Origin: Leucoraja ocellata
Taxonomy: Eukaryota
Assembly: GCA_036785375.1 (NCBI GenBank)
Contig: JAWMAR010000048.1
Span: 7,626,001 to 7,690,000 of the forward strand
Reading direction: 5' to 3'
Length of the DNA: 64,000 bases
In this document: in pieces, positions 1 to 11,960 of the stretch
Numbering within the stretch: position 1 is the stretch's first letter
Layout: the number at the start of each line of letters is the position of its first letter
Notes under the pieces: model-generated
Seen by the model: the letters and a program-made list of their open reading frames with translations, nothing else
The model's database searches: none
Told to the model about the DNA's origin: nothing
Translations under genes and position numbers: made by a program

Positions 1-354
1 TCTCTAAATAACCATAATGTAATGAAAGGTAATAAACTTAATAGCAAAATGAATACAAGATGATTTAATTCAAATTGATGGTGTTTCTCTGGGTAGATGA
101 GGCTAAACATACTGTCCAACAGCAGGTAATTAGAAATCACCTCGCCTACTGCCAAAAACCCATGATTAATACATTGTCAACTATTTTAGCTTTATCCATT
201 GAATGATGGCAAGACTCTTGTTGATGCGGACCTACTTCACTTCCAAGTTACCATGGGTAACTTTTCTTCAGACATGAATGAGAGAGCTGATGCAGCTTTT
301 GGACCAGATCAAATCATGTTGAGAAGAGATCATCGTCCAGCAGATTGAGAAAAA

Positions 355-472
355 AAAGGCACAAGAAACTGCAGCTGCGGGAATCTTGAGCAAGTACAGG
401 ATGAACTCAATGGGTCAGGCAGCATCTGTGGAGGGAATAGACAGGCAACGTTTCGGGTTGCAACTCTTCTTA
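355..472 (-). mobile_element. Degenerate Penelope-like terminal (pLTR) fragment
   Basis: Shares gaactgcag..ggcagcatct..acgtttcggg with the better-preserved copies at 10406 and 23623. Confidence 0.6.
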
Positions 473-524
473 CCGATGGGTCTCAATGATGTGTCTGGGC
501 ATTTTTAGCAGAACTACCCAAGTG

Positions 525-1010
525 GTATGCAGTTTTGGTTGCTGTTTAATAGGAAAGAGGTAAGTTTAGCGGGTTTGAGTTATTAGGTGAGATTGAATTG
601 GCTGGGACTGTTGCCCTAGTTTAAAGGAGGTTGAGGGGTGTCCGGAGAGGTTTATAAAATAATGAAGGTGCATTGGGAAAATAGATGGTCACATCCATTT
701 TTCCAGGATATGGGGAGTTTAAACTACAGTGCATGTGTTTAAAGTGAGACAGGAAAACTTTAAAGAGGATTTGAGGGGAAGCATTTGCACACACAAGATG
801 GTGGGTATATGGAATACATTGACAACGGAGGTGGTGGAGACAGGTACAATTACAATGTTCAAAAGACATTTGGGCAGGTACATGGCTAAGAATGGTTTAC
901 AGGGATACAGACCAAACTCGGCATAGAGCTTTGATAGGTTTCTTGGTCTGCATGGACGAGTTGGGCCAATGGGCTTGTTCCCAAGCAGTATAATGCTATG
1001 ACTCTATAAC
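525..1010 (+). mobile_element. CR1 LINE 3' fragment (old)
   Basis: ORF 729-926 resembles the CR1 ORF2 C-terminus (VGIWNTL..EVVETGTITMFKRHLGRYM); ends in a tatgactcta tail. Confidence 0.8.
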
Positions 1011-1925
1011 ATGCTGAAGGACAGTAGGTGGGAATCTGCAGGTATTTCGGAGGCTTCTATTTGATTTGCCATGAGATAGCATAGAATCTGCAATCAATTA
1101 AGAGAATTCCGATTGTATAAGATTGTGCTCCAACTGCTTGTGAGCCTACTGAGGGAACAGCGTATATCCAAGGGCTGTGATTAAGGTGGGCAGGAATATT
1201 GAATATTACTGTTATTAGCTTGTTGCTTGACTGATGTGGAAATCTGTCCTGATATAGATAGCTGCCCACTGACGTTCATGGGGATGACTATGCATGACTG
1301 ACAGGGCTGTGCTTAACTTCGCAGCGTTTAAATCTAGTGGCCAAGTTAGAGCCAGATGGTCTGTCTGCTTTAATTAGTGCTGTGTTTTATCACAGCAATT
1401 TTGATGCAACTGAATGATTTGATAAGCCATTTCATAGGTCAAATAAGAGTCAATGGCAGAACAGGGTATCTTGAGGCCAGACTGGACAAATCAGCAGATT
1501 TTGATGAGTATTCCAAAGGGGGTTTGTGGACAAGAGCTTGTTTTGACTACCACAAACTATCCAGTTATGTTGCTCTGCATTGTGCTGCTGCTTAATACCT
1601 TGCTGGGTGGCTATGAGGCCAGCAAAGGCACTTTCCTGTTTCAGCTGGCAGGTTCAGTGCAATGGGGAAGCTAATGGTCAGGGCTGCCAACTCTCACGCA
1701 TTGAGCTTGAGACTCACGCATTTGACGAAATTATCAAGCTCTCACGCTGATGACAGAAGTTCTCACGCTCAAAAAAATATTTTAAAATAGATATATATAC
1801 ACAAATAAATAAAGTCACACTCCTCCACACTTATCAATGAGAATAGTTTTCTGTCGGCGGGTTCCCCGTAAAGAACGAGCAATTTAATTGGCTTAAACCC
1901 ATCGCACACTATTTAAAATGGCAAT

Positions 1926-2052
1926 GTAGACAAATATGCTGGAGAAACTCAGCAGGTGAAGCAGCATCTATGCCTGAGTTGGACCCTTCTTCAGACGCAA
2001 GCATTTCTCCAGCATTTTTGTCTACCGCTCTATAGATGTTGCCTCACCCGCA
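1926..2052. mobile_element. Rearranged Penelope terminal fragment (fold-back)
   Basis: gtagacaaatatgctggagaaa and its inverse tttctccagcatttttgtctac; partial minus-strand hammerhead core (gacccttcttcag). Confidence 0.7.
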
Positions 2053-2509
2053 TTCACATTCCCGTGCAGATGGTATGATAGGTGAGACACCGGCAACCCC
2101 CCCCCCCCCCCCCCGAGGCACCGCTCACACCTCCCACCCTCACCTCCGGCGGCCCAGTGTCCGGTGGCCACTCTGTCCACAACGCATGGAGTTTTAACCC
2201 CGACCCGGAGCCAGGAGTGGACCGGGTGAGTGCCATCAGTGCCGCCTCTGGTGCCGCGGGAATGAATCTCGGGCTAAGCCTCTGCTCCGATGCCCGACTC
2301 CCCGGTCACTGTCCCTCACCTCCCCCAGACCACAGCTGGACACAGAGCGCCTGGGCCGGCCCGCATTCCCGGGGAGGGGGGGAGAGAGGGAAATGCTCCC
2401 CAGACATCGCCAAGTCTCCGCTCACTCCGGGTGTTGTCGCCGCTTCACTGACACGCAGTCTCACACACAACCTAACACACACCCCTACACACATACTGGC
2501 ACACACAAG

Positions 2510-2625
2510 GTTTAAAGGGATATGGACCAAATGCGGATAAATGGGACTAGTTTAGATGGGGCATCTTGATCTGCATGGACAATTTGGGATGAAGGGCCTG
2601 TTTCCATGCTGTAAGACTATGACAC
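2510..2625 (+). mobile_element. CR1 3' UTR fragment
   Basis: gggatatggaccaaatgcgg...gaagggcctgtttcc..gactatgac, the tail shared by many CR1 copies here. Confidence 0.7.
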
Positions 2626-2825
2626 ACTGTAGAAAGGGTGCAATTGCTCTGGAGAGGATCCAGGTGCGATTTATGAACATATTGGCAGGGATGGAATTTT
2701 TTTTTCACTTTGAAGAAAGATTTGATAATTGGGATTGTATTCTCTGCAACAACGGAGGTGAAGAAAATACTTAGTTGAGGTGAATAACTCAGCAAGAATA
2801 GGACCCGTTTCGCTTAACAAAGACT

Positions 2826-3195
2826 GTAGGAAGGAACTGCAGATGGTGGATTAAACTGAAGATGGACACTAAAAGCTGGAATAACTCAGTAGGACAGGCA
2901 GCATCTTTGGAGAGAAAGAACAGTTGATGTTTCGGGTCGAGAGCCCCTGGGAGGTCAGCTTGGTTATTGCGGACCGAGCGGAGGTGTTCGGCGAAACGAT
3001 CGCCCAACCTCCGCTTGGTCTCACCGATATAGATCTGCTGACATCTAGAGCAGCGGATGCAATAGATGAGGTTGGAGGAGATGCAGGTAAACCTCTGTCG
3101 CACCTGGAACGACTGCTTGGGTCCTTGAACGGAGTCGAGGGGGGAGGTAAAGGGACAAGTGTTGCATCTCTTGCGGTTGCAAAAGATGCAACCAG
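2826..3195 (-). mobile_element. Penelope-like element fragment: GIY-YIG endonuclease plus pLTR
   Basis: Minus ORF 2789-3103 reads RFTCISSNLIYCIRCSRCQQIYIGETKRRLGDRFAEHL (GIY-YIG); pLTR sequence at 2826-2948. Confidence 0.9.
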
Positions 3196-3267
3196 GATCA
3201 GAATCATGTGTTCATCTTTATTGACATGACACCATAATAAATATATTACAGGAAAAAAATAATTTAA

Positions 3268-3545
3268 TGGGGTGGCACGGTGGTGCAGCGGTAAAGTTGC
3301 TGCCTTGCAGCACCACAGACCCAGATTTGATCCTGACTACGGGTGCTGTCTGTACAGTATTTGTACATTCTCCTTATGACCACATGGTTTTCTCTGGATA
3401 TTCTGGTTTCTCCCACATCCGAAAGAAGTGCAGGTTTGTAGGTTAATTGGCTTCTGTAAATTGTCCCTGGCGTGTAGGATACAACTGGTGTATGGTAGAT
3501 TGCTGGTCGGTGTGGACTTGGTGGGCCGAAGGGCCTGTTTCCATA
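3268..3545 (+). mobile_element. tRNA-derived V-SINE (HE1-like)
   Basis: tRNA-like head ggtggcacggtggtgcagcggt; V-domain ctcccacatccgaaaga..ggttaattggc..taaattgtccct; CR1-like tail gggccgaagggcctgtttcc. Confidence 0.85.
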
Positions 3546-4344
3546 TATATGTTTTACAAATATATCTTAATATCATTGAACCATATATGGTTGAATATGT
3601 GGCATTATTTTCATCTTGTTTCTATAGTCAAAGTGTAAGGTTGATTGATTTATTTGTGCAGAACAGTGATGGAAGTCTGACTCCTCTTGCCTTGTTTCTA
3701 TGTTTTTGTTTCTTTGTATGTATATATGCTTAACAGCATGAATTATAATCTGATTTCCATACATGAATATACTAAGGTCATTCATGTGCTGCACCTGTTG
3801 ATCAGAGCCTAGTTCTACTGTGGAATGTTATTAGGAATGTAATTGAGCCTAACCTTATTCATACCTAATCCAATTTGAAGCATAAATGTTGCATTCAAGT
3901 GTAAGTTATAAGACTCGCTACAGTATGCACCCGATTGCACAATTTCAAGCTGAAAAATGCAAAAACTCCCTACCTGCCACACTCCCCTCCCACACCCTCC
4001 CCCCCTTGGTCGCTACGCTTCCTCGCAATTTCTCACTCTCAATTCTCACTCAATGTTGGCAGCCCTGTAATGGTGCATCCAACTAAGTAAAATATCGGGC
4101 ATTAATTGCTTATTATTATCTGCTGATTATTTCCATATTTCCTTACGAGGTCATCAAATCTATGGTGACTCACACAGTAAGCTCATTCCCATACTACTTA
4201 TTCAGCCACTACTTATTCCTGTAACTCGTTCCCTCTATATTCTCATCTAGATTCTAACACTGAACTATTCTCTTCGGACAATTTAGTCAATTAACCTACC
4301 AACCCGCGTCATTAGATATGCTGCCAAATAATTCATTGAGTCGT

Positions 4345-4500
4345 GGAACTGTACAGTATAGGAACAGCCCTTCGGCCCACATTATCCATGCTGACCAAGT
4401 TGGCACGCCGTGCAAGTCACGTTTACTTGCATTTGGCCCATAGTCCTTTCAACCCTTCCTATCCACAGATCAGTCCAAATGCCTAATTGTATCCACTTGG
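4345..4500 (-). mobile_element. CR1 3' fragment
   Basis: cccttcggcccac...catttggcccata..ccttcctatcca is the reverse of the CR1 3' UTR; appears to resume after the SINE at about 4773. Confidence 0.65.
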
Positions 4501-4772
4501 TTTAGCTCAGCTACAGCACAGAAACAGGTCCTTTCACCCACCGGGTCCATGCCAACCAGTGATCCCCGCACACTTACACTATCCTATACACATCAGGGAC
4601 AATTTACAATTATACCAGGCCAATTAACCTACGAACCTGTACGTCTTTGGAGTTTGGGAGGAAACCCACACAGGTCACGGGGAGAACGTACAATCTCCGT
4701 AGACAAGCACCCGTAATCAGTATCGAACCCAGATCTCTGGCGCTGTCAGGCAGCAACTCCACCGTGCTGCCC
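4500..4772 (-). mobile_element. V-SINE (HE1-like)
   Basis: Reverse-complement homology to 3268-3545 (gggacaatttaca, caattaacctac, ctccaccgtgctgccc). Confidence 0.85.
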
Positions 4773-5169
4773 ACTTCTATAGCTTCCTTTGGCAACATTT
4801 AACATTCCTGGTGAGGACTACCCTCTGAGTGAAAAGGTGCCCACTTATATCTCCACTTTTTTTTTCCCTTTTCCTCTCTTATACCTTTACTCACTCTTTG
4901 GCCACACTACTTTGGTAGTCAAGGGGTCCTATCTTTTCACTTTTCACTTTTTCCTTATCTTGTTCTTTCTCTCTTCTTTTCCCTCATTTTCAGGTTAAAA
5001 GGTCAAAATTGAAGCTGTACAATAATTGTGTAATTTTACATGTCGAATGTTTTATTCTTGTACAATTGCTTCTAATAAAAATAATTTAAAAAAGAGTAAA
5101 AAAAGAAAAGGTGCCCCTGAAAGTCCCCCTTAAATATCTTTCCTCTCACTTTAATTACTAGTGTTTTGT

Positions 5170-5790
5170 TGTGGATCAGGTCAGACAGTCCAGAACAGGT
5201 CCTTTAAGCAATTGAGTCCACACTGGCCATCAAACATTCATTTACACCATTGCTGAGCCATGATTATTTTTCCTGCACTCCCAATAACTTCTCCCATAGA
5301 ATAACTTTTCTGATAAGGTAGGGACAATTTTCAGAGGCCAATTAATGAGTCCAGAACCAGGGGCAACAGTTTATGAATAAAGGGTAAGCCATTCAGAACG
5401 GAGATGAGGAAACGCTTTTTCTCACAGAGTTGTGAGTGTGGAATTCTCTGCCTCAGAGGGCGGTGGAGGCCGGTACTCAGGATACTTTCAAGAGAGAGCT
5501 AGATAGGGCTCTTAAAGATAACAGAGTCAGGGGATGTGGGGAGAAGGCAAGAATGGAGGTACTGATTGGGGATGATCAGCCATGATCACATTGAATGGCG
5601 GTGCTGGCACGAAGAGCTAAAGAGCGTACTCCTGTACCTATTGTCTATTGTCTAATCTAGCAACTTGAATGACGTTGAGATGTGGGAGAAAAACCAAACA
5701 CTAGTCACAGGGAGAATATGCAAACTCCACAACAGCACCGGAAATCAGGATTACATGTGAGTTACTGAGCTGCAAGCAGCACCTCCACCA
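5170..5790 (-). mobile_element. Old V-SINE interrupted by a CR1 3' end
   Basis: gggacaatttt..ggccaattaa before 5346 and gtgggaga..gtcacagggagaatatgcaaactccac after 5652. Confidence 0.55.
5347..5652 (+). mobile_element. CR1 LINE 3' end
   Basis: gagtccagaaccagggg..gtggaattctctgcctcagagggcggtggaggc..gatcagccatgatcacattgaatggcgg; ctattgt tail repeat. Confidence 0.9.
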
Positions 5791-6289
5791 GATGTGCTAA
5801 ATAGGTGCTTTTTTTGTTAAGATTTCGAGCATGCAATGTACTTTGCTAGTCATGTTCATTAAATACATAAAATCTATATCAACTTAAAAATGTTGCACAT
5901 GTGTGCTCTCATTGTTTTCTGGAATTTTTTTAATTTCAACATTCAACTTTTAATTTGTGACAACTGTAATAACATAGCAATATGGGTGGGAAGGTGGCAG
6001 AAACACGAACTCCCAAATTTTCAGAACGTGGCTCATTTAAGCTGCACAGGCCTATTGTTCTCCATTCAATCATTGGCCTTGTACGTCAATAGTGAGCTGG
6101 TAAGTATGAGGGCACACAGGGGAGAAACAGAAAAGCAAGGCAAAAAAGGATGTGCATTTCCTCATGTCCCATTTGTTCTTGAGATATGGAAAACATTCGC
6201 AAATAAATATTTATGTTCTATTCACCCTAATATTCTGTGGGCATTAAAGTATGTAAATTGTTTGAAATTGGAGCCACATTTAGATTGGA

Positions 6290-6485
6290 GCAGGTAGTTT
6301 CTCTTCTCTGAAGAGCAATAGCAGATCATCAGCATTTTTATGACAACTTGGCAGCTTTTTATGGTTCTTTTCTAGTGCTAGCCCAGAAATGTCTTGATTT
6401 ATTAAATTCAATTTCACAATTTGTTCTGGTTTAACTTGAATTTACATTGATAGCTCAATCCCATAAACATTAAGTTATGGCACCC
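6290..6485 (-). mobile_element. Degenerate tRNA-SINE-like repeat (SacSINE-like)
   Basis: Resembles 22940-23160 (gatttattaaattcaatttc core). Confidence 0.35.
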
Positions 6486-7565
6486 AGCACTTCAGACTCT
6501 CATTATAGACAGAAGGAGAAACCAATGGGAACAAAAATAGGGGAACAAAAACATAAGACAAAGGAAGAACTGCATAGACATAGAAGGGTTGAAGAATGGG
6601 GAAAATTTGTTTCCACTCCAAGGTCTTCAAATGTTTCCAAGAGTCTGGTACCCAGAAATAAACACAGACGATAAATATGGCCAAACCAATGTCTTAGAGA
6701 TTGATCATGACTCACTTGTTCATGTACGTCTAAATTCCTATTCTAAACACCCAGGATGTTTTGTCAATATCACATCAAAGAGAAATGAAAATGAGGACAA
6801 AATCAAATACATACATATATGAAACTGAAGGAGGTTCAGATGTGAACAGTCATTGAGTCATATAGCAGGAATACAGGCCCTTCAGCCCAATATGTCCATA
6901 CAGATCTCGACCCACTACAGTTCGCATACCGCCACAACAGGTCAATGGAGGATGCAATTTCACTGGCTCTCCACTCCGCATTGGACCACTTGGACAATAA
7001 AAACACTTACGTCAGGCTGTTGTTTATAGACTACTGCTCGGCGTTTAATACCATCATCCCCACCGAGCTGGTTACCAAGCTCACGGAACTGGGCCTCTGC
7101 GCACCCCTCTGTAATTGGATCCTCGACTTCCTCATCCTCAGAACACAGTCTGTTCGAATTGGAGGAACCACTTCATCCTCAGTAACGGGAGCACCTCAAG
7201 GCAGCGTGCTCAGCCTCTGATTTACTCACTCTATATCCATGACTGCGTAGCCGGACGTAATGCGAACTCCATCATCAAGTTCGCCGACGACACCACTGTT
7301 GTTGGACGAATCACAGATGGGGACGAGTCAGAGTATCGACCGACTGACCAAATGGTGCCAGCACAACAACCTGACTCTCAACATCAGTAAGACCAAGTAG
7401 CTGATTGTGGACTTTGGTAGGGAAAGGATGAGGACCCACAATCCTGTTCATATCAATGGGATGACGGTGGAGAGAGTCAATAACTTCAAATTCCTGGGCG
7501 TGCATATTTCCGAAGATCTTTCCTGGACCCAGCACATCAATGCAATTATAAATAAGGCACATCAG

Positions 7566-8967
7566 TGAGGAAATGTATAATAAAATTGTTCAAATGATAA
7601 GTTCTTAAGGAACTTGTGTTAAGTTGCAAGAGAAGGGTTTGGAGTTGGAGCTTTCAGAAATACATGCCTCCACAAAGAAATAAAGAACAAAGAACACACA
7701 CAGGAGAACAGATGGCTTATCATAAACATGGAAAGGGTGATCTGGATAGGCATATATTTCTTTATTGCTTTGGAGCAATAATCATGCTGTGAGAAGGTGT
7801 AGTTGGTTTAGGTTGGTGTTTATAATAGAGGTTATTAATGGGATCTTTCTCCATGACATGGGTACCATCCTTCTTCCTTTGTGACACATCTCAGAGTTTG
7901 GCTGTGTCATCTAAGGCAATTTATGGTTGCCTATGTTGGATTGTAGGCACCAAGGGTAGATACTAGTCTGTGAGATGGTGTGTGCTGTTTAGATATGTTT
8001 ATGTTGGGATAAAAGATAAGGCATAGATGATGGTTGTGTGACCTTTGCAAAAGGATTTCTTATGGTTACCAGAAACTGAGAAAGTAACTCTGTTTTGATA
8101 CTCTTTCATTTGTTGGTGAAGAATGCTTTTAGTGAAGAAGCATTACATTCCTTTTCTCCAGAGATAGTAGGGGGAGGGTGTAATACAAAATGAAATTAGA
8201 CCCGAGCTTGGGAAGAAGCAATCAAGTGACAATTAATGGCCAGTATGTGTCTGTAGTTGGGAATTGTGTGATTGGAACTTTGTCTTTACCACTTTGTAAG
8301 AATGGGGTAAAACTCATCTTTAATCTTTGTAATCCATAAGTAACTGTATTTTAACTAAGTGGTTGTAAGGAAATTAATTGTGAAGTGTATTGTGTTTAAT
8401 TACGATTGTAAGTATTTAGACTTTGTTTAAATCGGAAGTTTTAGAAATAACTTTATTTTCCAAAAGTGAAATATGTTTTGTATGTATGTGTTGTGTGATT
8501 GCTATATTATGTGTATATTCTGAAAAGTATTCTGTGAGAATTAGTTTTATCTGTGGTTTTACTTTAATGAAATAAAATGATTTTGAGCAAAGAGGTTGAA
8601 GAAACCACAGAGGGGATGAAGGTTGTAAAGGGGCTGGAAAAGGGAAAATCATGTGACTATACGTGTTGTCAATCAATGGAAAGGATTTAGTTGATTGGTT
8701 AATGCAAATAAGTTAAATGTATGGTGAACCATAATGATTGGTTAATAGTTTACCACTCCTTTTGTACTATCCTTGTCTTTTACCTATATAATGTGTTACA
8801 TTTATGCCAAAGTCAGTAGTTCTTTCAACCTGCCCCAGAGTTTCTAACTCTGTGTTGGAAGGTTTAAAGAATTATCCAGCGCTGTCAGAATAAAGAGTCG
8901 ATTTTAGCAGCAATGGTTTGAATCAAGTTTTCTTGAATTAGACTGGCAAAATGAACTCATTTTAACA
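7566..8967 (+). mobile_element. Solo LTR (ERV or Gypsy type), 1402 bp
   Basis: TG...CA termini with imperfect inverted ends (TGAGGAAATG vs TGTTAAAATG); 4-bp TSD TCAG at 7562-7565 and 8968-8971; removing it restores the Rex1 sequence aaggcacatcagcgactctac. Confidence 0.85.
8649..8894 (+). promoter_or_regulatory. LTR promoter and polyA signals
   Basis: TCATGTG E-box at 8649, inverted CCAAT (ATTGG) at 8694 and 8737, octamer ATGCAAAT at 8702-8709, TATATAA at 8785-8791, AATAAA at 8889-8894. Confidence 0.65.
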
Positions 8968-9552
8968 TCAGCGACTCTACTTCCTCAGAAGATTACGGAG
9001 ATTCGGCATGTCGAATCCTAAACTTCCACAGGTCCACGGTAGACAGCAGTCTGACTGGTTGCATCGTGGCCTGGTTCGGCAACTTGAACGTCCAGGAGCG
9101 AAAAAGACTACAAAAAGTTGTGACCACTGCCCAGTCCATCACCGGCTTTGACCTCCTCACCGTCCAAGGGATTTATCGTAGTCACTGCCTCAAGAAGGCA
9201 GTCAAAATCATCAAGGACTCACAACATCCTGGCCACACATGCATCTCGCCATTGCTATCAGGAAGAAGGTACAGGAGCCTGAAAACTGTAATGTCCAGGT
9301 TCAGGAACAGCTTCTTCCCTACAGCCATCAGGCTATTAAACACAACAACGAATAAGCTCTGAGTTCAAAACCGCAAAAAGATTATATTATTATTACACTA
9401 TATTTGTTATTTATTGAACTTTTTCTTTTTTTCTCCTCCTCCGTTATGTACTATGATTACATATTCACATATTCCGTTGTGCTGCCACATGTAAGGATTT
9501 AATTGTCCATTCCGGGACTTATGACAATAAAGCACTCTTGATTCTTGAGATC

Positions 9553-9880
9553 AAAATACCCCATCTAAGCTCGTCCTGTTTGCCTATGTTTGGCCCATAT
9601 CCCTCAAAACCTTTCCTAGCCATGTGCCTGTGCAAACGTTTTCTAAATATTGTTACTATATGCATCAACTTCTTCCACTGGCAGCTCATTCCATAAACCC
9701 AGTATCTTCTGAGTGAAAACGTTGCCTCTCAGGTTCCCATTTAATATTTCCTCTCCCACCTTAAACCTATAGTTCTTAATTCTGCTATCCTGGAAAAAAA
9801 TATTGTGTGCATTCATCCTATCTATACCCCTTATGCTTTATACACCAGTATAAGATCACTTCTCCGCCTCCTGTGTTCCA
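9553..9880 (-). mobile_element. CR1 3' fragment (continuation of 6850-6906)
   Basis: tttggcccatatccctc...ggcagctcattcca...tataagatcact is reverse CR1 sequence. Confidence 0.8.
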
Positions 9881-10405
9881 AGTAATAATGGCTCAATGGG
9901 GTATTTATTGACAAAGTAAAAAGGTACAGTGAAATGCTTGTTCTGCATGCAATTCATATTGTACGAGTACAATCAATCCTCTTCTGGAACAGCACGCGGT
10001 GGTGTCACCACGTGCCGCCGTCATCTTGCAAGCAGAAGTCTCTGAAAAGTCTGATCTTGCCTTAGGAGATGTGCAATATCTTATATCTCCCACTTTGAAT
10101 CCTAGCCTGCCCAATCTCCCGAGCAGGGGAAAACTATTCTCCAGAAGATATCACAGGCCACTGTAAAAGCATATAAATAAATAAACATTGTAGGCCAAAA
10201 AAAAGATTCCAGTTAGCAGCAGGGAATTTAGGATGAAGGTAAACAACATTCTGGCTCACAATTCCTTTATTAAAATACTAGGTGGCCTGAAGGGTAATGT
10301 ATTAGACTGCACACAGACATCTTTGATCAAATAGAAAAAGCAGAAGAAATTAGTAGTGGAAAATTAATGCAGAATTTGATGGGCGGCAGGGACATGTTAG
10401 ACAAA

Positions 10406-10619
10406 CAGTGTAGGAAGAAGCTGCAGATGCTGGTTTAAACCAAAGATAGACACAAAAAGCTGGAGTAACTCAGCGGGTCAGGCAGCATCTCTGGAGAAAA
10501 GGAACAGGTGACGTTTCGGGTCTAATGAAGGGTCTCGACCTGAAACGTCACCTATTCCTTTTCTCCAGAGATGCTGTCTGACCCGCTGAGTTACACCAGC
10601 TTTTTGTGTCTACCTTTGG
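10406..10619. mobile_element. Fold-back Penelope terminal insertion
   Basis: About 80-bp inverted arms (agacacaaaaagctgg..gacgtttcgggtc / gacctgaaacgtc..ccagctttttgtgtct); TSD TAGACAAA at 10398-10405 and 10620-10627. Confidence 0.9.
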
Positions 10620-11599
10620 TAGACAAATGGGCCTGCTTGTGGACTGTATGACTGACTTTAATTCACACATGATCAATGCAGATTGTGAAAGTGATAAACC
10701 ATAATTGAATAAGCTCTGTTCTGTGGAGTTTGGAGAACAGATTCTACTTAAAGCGTAGAGGTCAGACAATTTGTTATTCCATGATATAGCTAATTCAAAT
10801 TCCTTATTTACTTTAGCATACAGGCCAATATGCCACCAATCAGAATCTGAGCTTCTTAAACCATACTGGCTTCACAGTTAACTGTTATTCAGATAAGCTC
10901 ATATTTAGTAACTACCATCCCTTTAGCAAACCAATTATGAATTCTTATTGACATTAAGATTCTTAGCACATCAATGCTTAAAAATATTTATCAGATCTCA
11001 AATGACCCACAACCCTTACCCTGCAGAACAAAATTACTATTAAATATCATCAATCACACTGGAGAAGTGAATGCAGCATTTTATTCGATAAACATTCTAA
11101 ATCATATCTTACAGACAGCTCACTCATAAGATTGGCCTATGATTAGTTGGTCCCTGAGATGGGTTCATCGACAGGCACACTCCATGCAATAAGTCAAATT
11201 AAATTAATCCTGTGATAGCTCGCAGAATTGCACTGCTCACAGAACATGTCAGCACAGTTCTTTATATCCAATAATTTTATGAGTGTCATTAAATATACTG
11301 GTGTCCAACAATTAGTGTAGAATGTAGTTTAAATATCACTTAAAAAATAAATAAAGTTCTCTCTTTTCAGTGTCAAAGTGGCAAGTTATAAGCCTCTGAA
11401 ATAATGGTAATTCAGGGCAGTAAAAAACTGCTTCTTTTGAAGCAGACCTTTTGGAATGTTTAAGTAAACTAGATCCATTTTTGGTGACGAGTCACCAGTT
11501 TAAAACATCATAGTTGATCACCTGTCTACCCCCCCGAAAGAGAATCGTTACACATCAACAACACCAACTGCAGAAAAAGATGGAATGAGTACTGCTTCA

Positions 11600-11960
11600 G
11601 AGTCATGGAGTCATGGAGCACAGAAACAGACATTTCGACCCATCATGTTTAAGAAGGAACTCCAGATGTCTACCTTCGACCCATCATGTTCATTCCAATC
11701 ATCAAGCACTCATCTATATCAATCCCACTTATCAGGACTCGGTTCATAGCCTTCTGTCTTTGTAATCCACGTGTTTGCCTTAAATGCTGTGAGATTAACC
11801 TGCCTCCATGAATACCACCTCCTCAAGCAGTACACGTCAGATTCCAACCTTGGTGATGAAAAAGTTCCTCCTTCACCCACTGCACTCCTACACCTATGCC
11901 ATATGGTTTTAAACACCGCTACTCTGAAGATCTTACTGCTCATCAACTCAATCCTCATGT
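11600..11960 (-). mobile_element. Old CR1 3' fragment
   Basis: gagtcat tail repeats and reverse CR1 3' UTR/ORF2 similarity. Confidence 0.55.
11650..11674. mobile_element. 25-bp collapsed Penelope fold-back remnant
   Basis: taagaaggaactccagatgtctacc joins both family termini; flanked by the 16-bp direct repeat TTCGACCCATCATGTT at 11634-11649 and 11675-11690. Confidence 0.7.

Larger units (their letters stand above)
1679..4067. mobile_element. Non-autonomous TIR DNA transposon (P- or hAT-like) with nested retroelement fragments
   Basis: Perfect 13-bp TIR CAGGGCTGCCAAC / GTTGGCAGCCCTG; 7-bp TSD TAATGGT at 1672-1678 and 4068-4074; subterminal CTCACGC repeats; second left end at 13257. Confidence 0.85.
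6907..9547 (+). mobile_element. Rex1/Babar LINE, 5'-truncated, split by a solo LTR and itself inserted in a minus-strand CR1 3' end
   Basis: RT motifs [39 protein letters not shown]; the C-terminal part resumes at 8968 (RFRNSFFPTAIRLLN); cttgattcttg tail; AGATC repeated at 6902-6906 and 9548-9552. Confidence 0.9.

Noticed and set aside
3268-3345. tRNA-like sequence
   Set aside because: It is the head of a V-SINE, not a tRNA gene
6477-6822. Lys/Glu-rich short ORFs
   Set aside because: Purine-rich composition bias; no homology recognised and no splice support
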